Notes under the pieces: generated by a model | Told to the model about the DNA's origin: nothing | The model's database searches: none | Seen by the model: only the letters and a program-made list of their open reading frames with translations | In this document: one piece after another, positions 15,819-17,374 of the stretch | Layout of the letters: each line of letters begins with the position of its first letter | How positions within the stretch are numbered: position 1 is the stretch's first letter | Source: Leidyana gryllorum EB-2025a | Lineage: Eukaryota; Protista; Apicomplexa | Length of the DNA stretch: 17,374 nucleotides | Direction: 5' to 3' | NCBI GenBank assembly: GCA_048772705.1 | Contig: JBLWGC010000175.1 | Span: forward strand, 1-17,374 | Position numbers and translations under genes: made by a program

Positions 15819-15891
15819 TACCTACGGCGAGACTCGAACTCGCAACCTTTGGATTAGAAGTCCAACGCGCTATCCATTGCGCCACGTAGGC
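15819..15891 (-). tRNA. trnR-UCU: tRNA-Arg(TCT)
   Basis: GCCTACG/CGTAGGT; TTGGA-CTTCTAA-TCCAA. Confidence 0.93.
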
Positions 15892-15980
15892 CGCGGCTTT
15901 TCGACTAGATTGAAATATCAACATTCACATTTTTGGACCACGCGCCAGTCGTCTCTCTCCAGCCAAAGTTGCATGGAGTT

Positions 15981-16053
15981 TGGACGACCTGGGTATCGAT
16001 CCCAGTACCTCTCGCATGCAAAGCGAGCGCTCCACCATCTGAGCTAGCCGCCC
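15981..16053 (-). tRNA. trnA-UGC: tRNA-Ala(TGC)
   Basis: CTCGC-TTTGCAT-GCGAG; G3:U70. Confidence 0.9.
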
Positions 16054-16111
16054 ATCCGCTCTAAATGGAAGATCTATTGCATCCAGTGGCTGACCGAGCC
16101 GATACAACGGC

Positions 16112-16190
16112 TGACAAGCGTGGCTTCGAACCCACGCCCTTTCGGACTGCGGCCTAAACACAGCGCCTTAGACTACTCGGCCATCTTGCC
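16112..16190 (-). pseudogene. tRNA-Leu(TAG), damaged T and D arms
   Basis: CTGTG-TTTAGGC-CGCAG; 1-nt deletion. Confidence 0.7.
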
Positions 16191-16281
16191 GGAGTGCTCT
16201 TGGTTCGTCCCTCCACGCTTTTTTTGTTCGTGAGCCGAAATAAAAAGACTTCTGGGATTGGAGGCCGGCGTGTTCAGAGGG

Positions 16282-16353
16282 TCCGAGTTAGTATAGTGGT
16301 TAGTGTCTCCGCCTGTCACGCGGAAGACCCGGGTTCGATTCCCGGGCTCGAAA
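16282..16353 (+). pseudogene. tRNA-Asp(GTC), acceptor mismatches
   Basis: paralog of 12252-12323. Confidence 0.65.
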
Positions 16354-16408
16354 CGCAGGTGGTTTCGCTTAAGATTCTGTCCTTTGGTTCTCGCTGAAAG
16401 TTGCGAGC

Positions 16409-16481
16409 TACAGCCACCGAGGATCGAACTCGGGACCTTCTGCGTGTGAAGCAGACGTCGTAACCACTAGACCATGGCTGC
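16409..16481 (-). tRNA. trnV-CAC: tRNA-Val(CAC)
   Basis: intact. Confidence 0.93.
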
Positions 16482-16544
16482 ACGGCAGGTCCCGCAGACC
16501 AAAGCAAGTGGGGAGGTTTCACGAAGTAGTGAGGACTAGTTTCA

Positions 16545-16616
16545 AGGTCGCGCCGGGAATCGAACCCAGGTCGGGAGATTCAAAGTCTCCAGTGCTAACC
16601 ACTACACCACGCAACC
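16545..16616 (-). tRNA. trnQ-UUG: tRNA-Gln(TTG)
   Basis: GGAGA-CTTTGAA-TCTCC; intact. Confidence 0.93.
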
Positions 16617-16714
16617 GATGTAGCCCTTCTCAAAGAGTTGATAGAGCCATCCGGACTAGAGCTTCCCCACACATGCAAAACGGGTTTTTCTACTAACCTC
16701 CAAAATATTCAACT

Positions 16715-16775
16715 GGCTCTTGTAGCGCAGTGGGCAAAGCGTGTGATTGTTCAATACTAAGTCGCAGGTGCGCGG
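16715..16775 (+). pseudogene. tRNA-Asn-like relic
   Basis: paralog of 12680-12740. Confidence 0.65.
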
Positions 16776-16889
16776 TCTCAGGCACCCTAGACCGTATTGC
16801 GATGCCAAAGTCTATCCAAGGGCTACAGGGCACAATCAAAGGCTCTCAACTCGGTAAATACATAGCGGCAGGTGCGGCCGTACGAAGTT

Positions 16890-16961
16890 TGGACGATCTG
16901 GACATCGATCCCATACCTTTCGCATGCTAAGCGAGCGCTCTACCATCTGAGCCAGTCGCCC
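16890..16961 (-). pseudogene. tRNA-Ala(AGC), damaged
   Basis: T-stem deletion and substitutions. Confidence 0.75.
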
Positions 16962-17049
16962 GACGTGCAGTCCCCATCGCATTTATCGGTTGTCAACATA
17001 GCATGACCACTCTCTCGACTCTACCCGCGGATTGCACCACCGACCAGTC

Positions 17050-17121
17050 AGCTGTTTGGTTTAGTGGTATGATCCTTCCTTAGGGTGGAAGGAGTGCTGG
17101 GTTCGATTCCCAGAACAGCCC
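17050..17121 (+). tRNA. trnP-AGG: tRNA-Pro(AGG), G1A variant
   Basis: CTTCC-TTAGGGT-GGAAG. Confidence 0.72.
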
Positions 17122-17196
17122 GCTTTGTTGTATCTTGACCCAACCTGCCTGGCAGCATGGTTCTGGGTTCGGGTGATTCTTCGGAGACAGTCGGGG

Positions 17197-17269
17197 GGGA
17201 GTGTAGCGCAGTCGGTAGCGCGTAGGTCTCATAATCCTGAAGTCGAGAGTTCGATCCTCTCCACTCCCA
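17197..17269 (+). tRNA. trnM-CAU: elongator tRNA-Met(CAT)
   Basis: intact. Confidence 0.93.
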
Positions 17270-17313
17270 GGGTCGGAATCGAAATCGCCGACAAACTCAT
17301 CATGCTATCGTTT

Positions 17314-17374
17314 TCCATCTGTCGGGAATCGCACACGGGTTATCTTGATGGCAGCGAGAGACTCTTCCACTAGA
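17314..17374 (-). pseudogene. tRNA-Gly(GCC) relic, cut by window edge
   Basis: paralog of 13279-13349. Confidence 0.75.

Larger units (their letters stand above)
1..17374. repeat. Dense mosaic tRNA gene/pseudogene cluster built from duplicated multi-tRNA blocks
   Basis: >110 tRNA-derived loci on both strands; spacers recur with the same neighbouring tRNAs. Confidence 0.95.

Noticed and set aside
213-17373. Supplied six-frame ORFs (60-182 aa)
   Set aside because: They overlap tRNA genes; recurring peptides such as PGIEPG, GSIP and GFEP are translations of tRNA T arms, and paralogous blocks do not preserve reading frame
1-17374. CRISPR array or satellite
   Set aside because: The repeats are tRNA genes in mixed orientation with homologous, not unique, spacers; there is no constant period
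1-17374. Bacterial, phage or organellar tRNA array
   Set aside because: Many A34 anticodons, eukaryotic initiator features, a 37/38 intron, no encoded CCA and both-strand layout
1-17374. tRNA-derived SINE family
   Set aside because: Many different isotypes, no common body or A-rich tail and no target-site duplications seen; copies move as multi-gene blocks
1-17374. tRNA-linked snRNA, 7SL or spliced-leader genes in the spacers
   Set aside because: No recognisable U6 ACAGAGA box in context, U1 5' end, SRP or dinoflagellate-type SL motif found by eye; an Rfam scan is needed to exclude divergent ones

Overview
Non-coding eukaryotic (nuclear-type) DNA made almost entirely of tRNA genes. By manual reading there are more than 110 intact, damaged or relic tRNA loci in 17.4 kb (roughly one per 150 bp), on both strands, covering 18 amino acids (no clear Phe or Cys) plus separate initiator and elongator Met. 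Eukaryotic hallmarks are A34 anticodons (AGC, AGT, AGG, AAC, AAG, AAT, ACG, AGA), initiator Met with A1-U72 and a GATCGAAA T-loop, a Tyr gene with an intron at 37/38, and no encoded CCA. The region is a mosaic of 0.2-1.2 kb multi-tRNA blocks duplicated in direct and inverted orientation. Paralogous slots often carry different isoacceptors, many spacers are older tRNA relics, and most genes lack oligo-dT terminators. No credible protein-coding gene is present; the supplied ORFs are read-throughs of tRNA repeats. Coordinates were read by eye, and intact versus pseudogene calls need confirmation with tRNAscan-SE.
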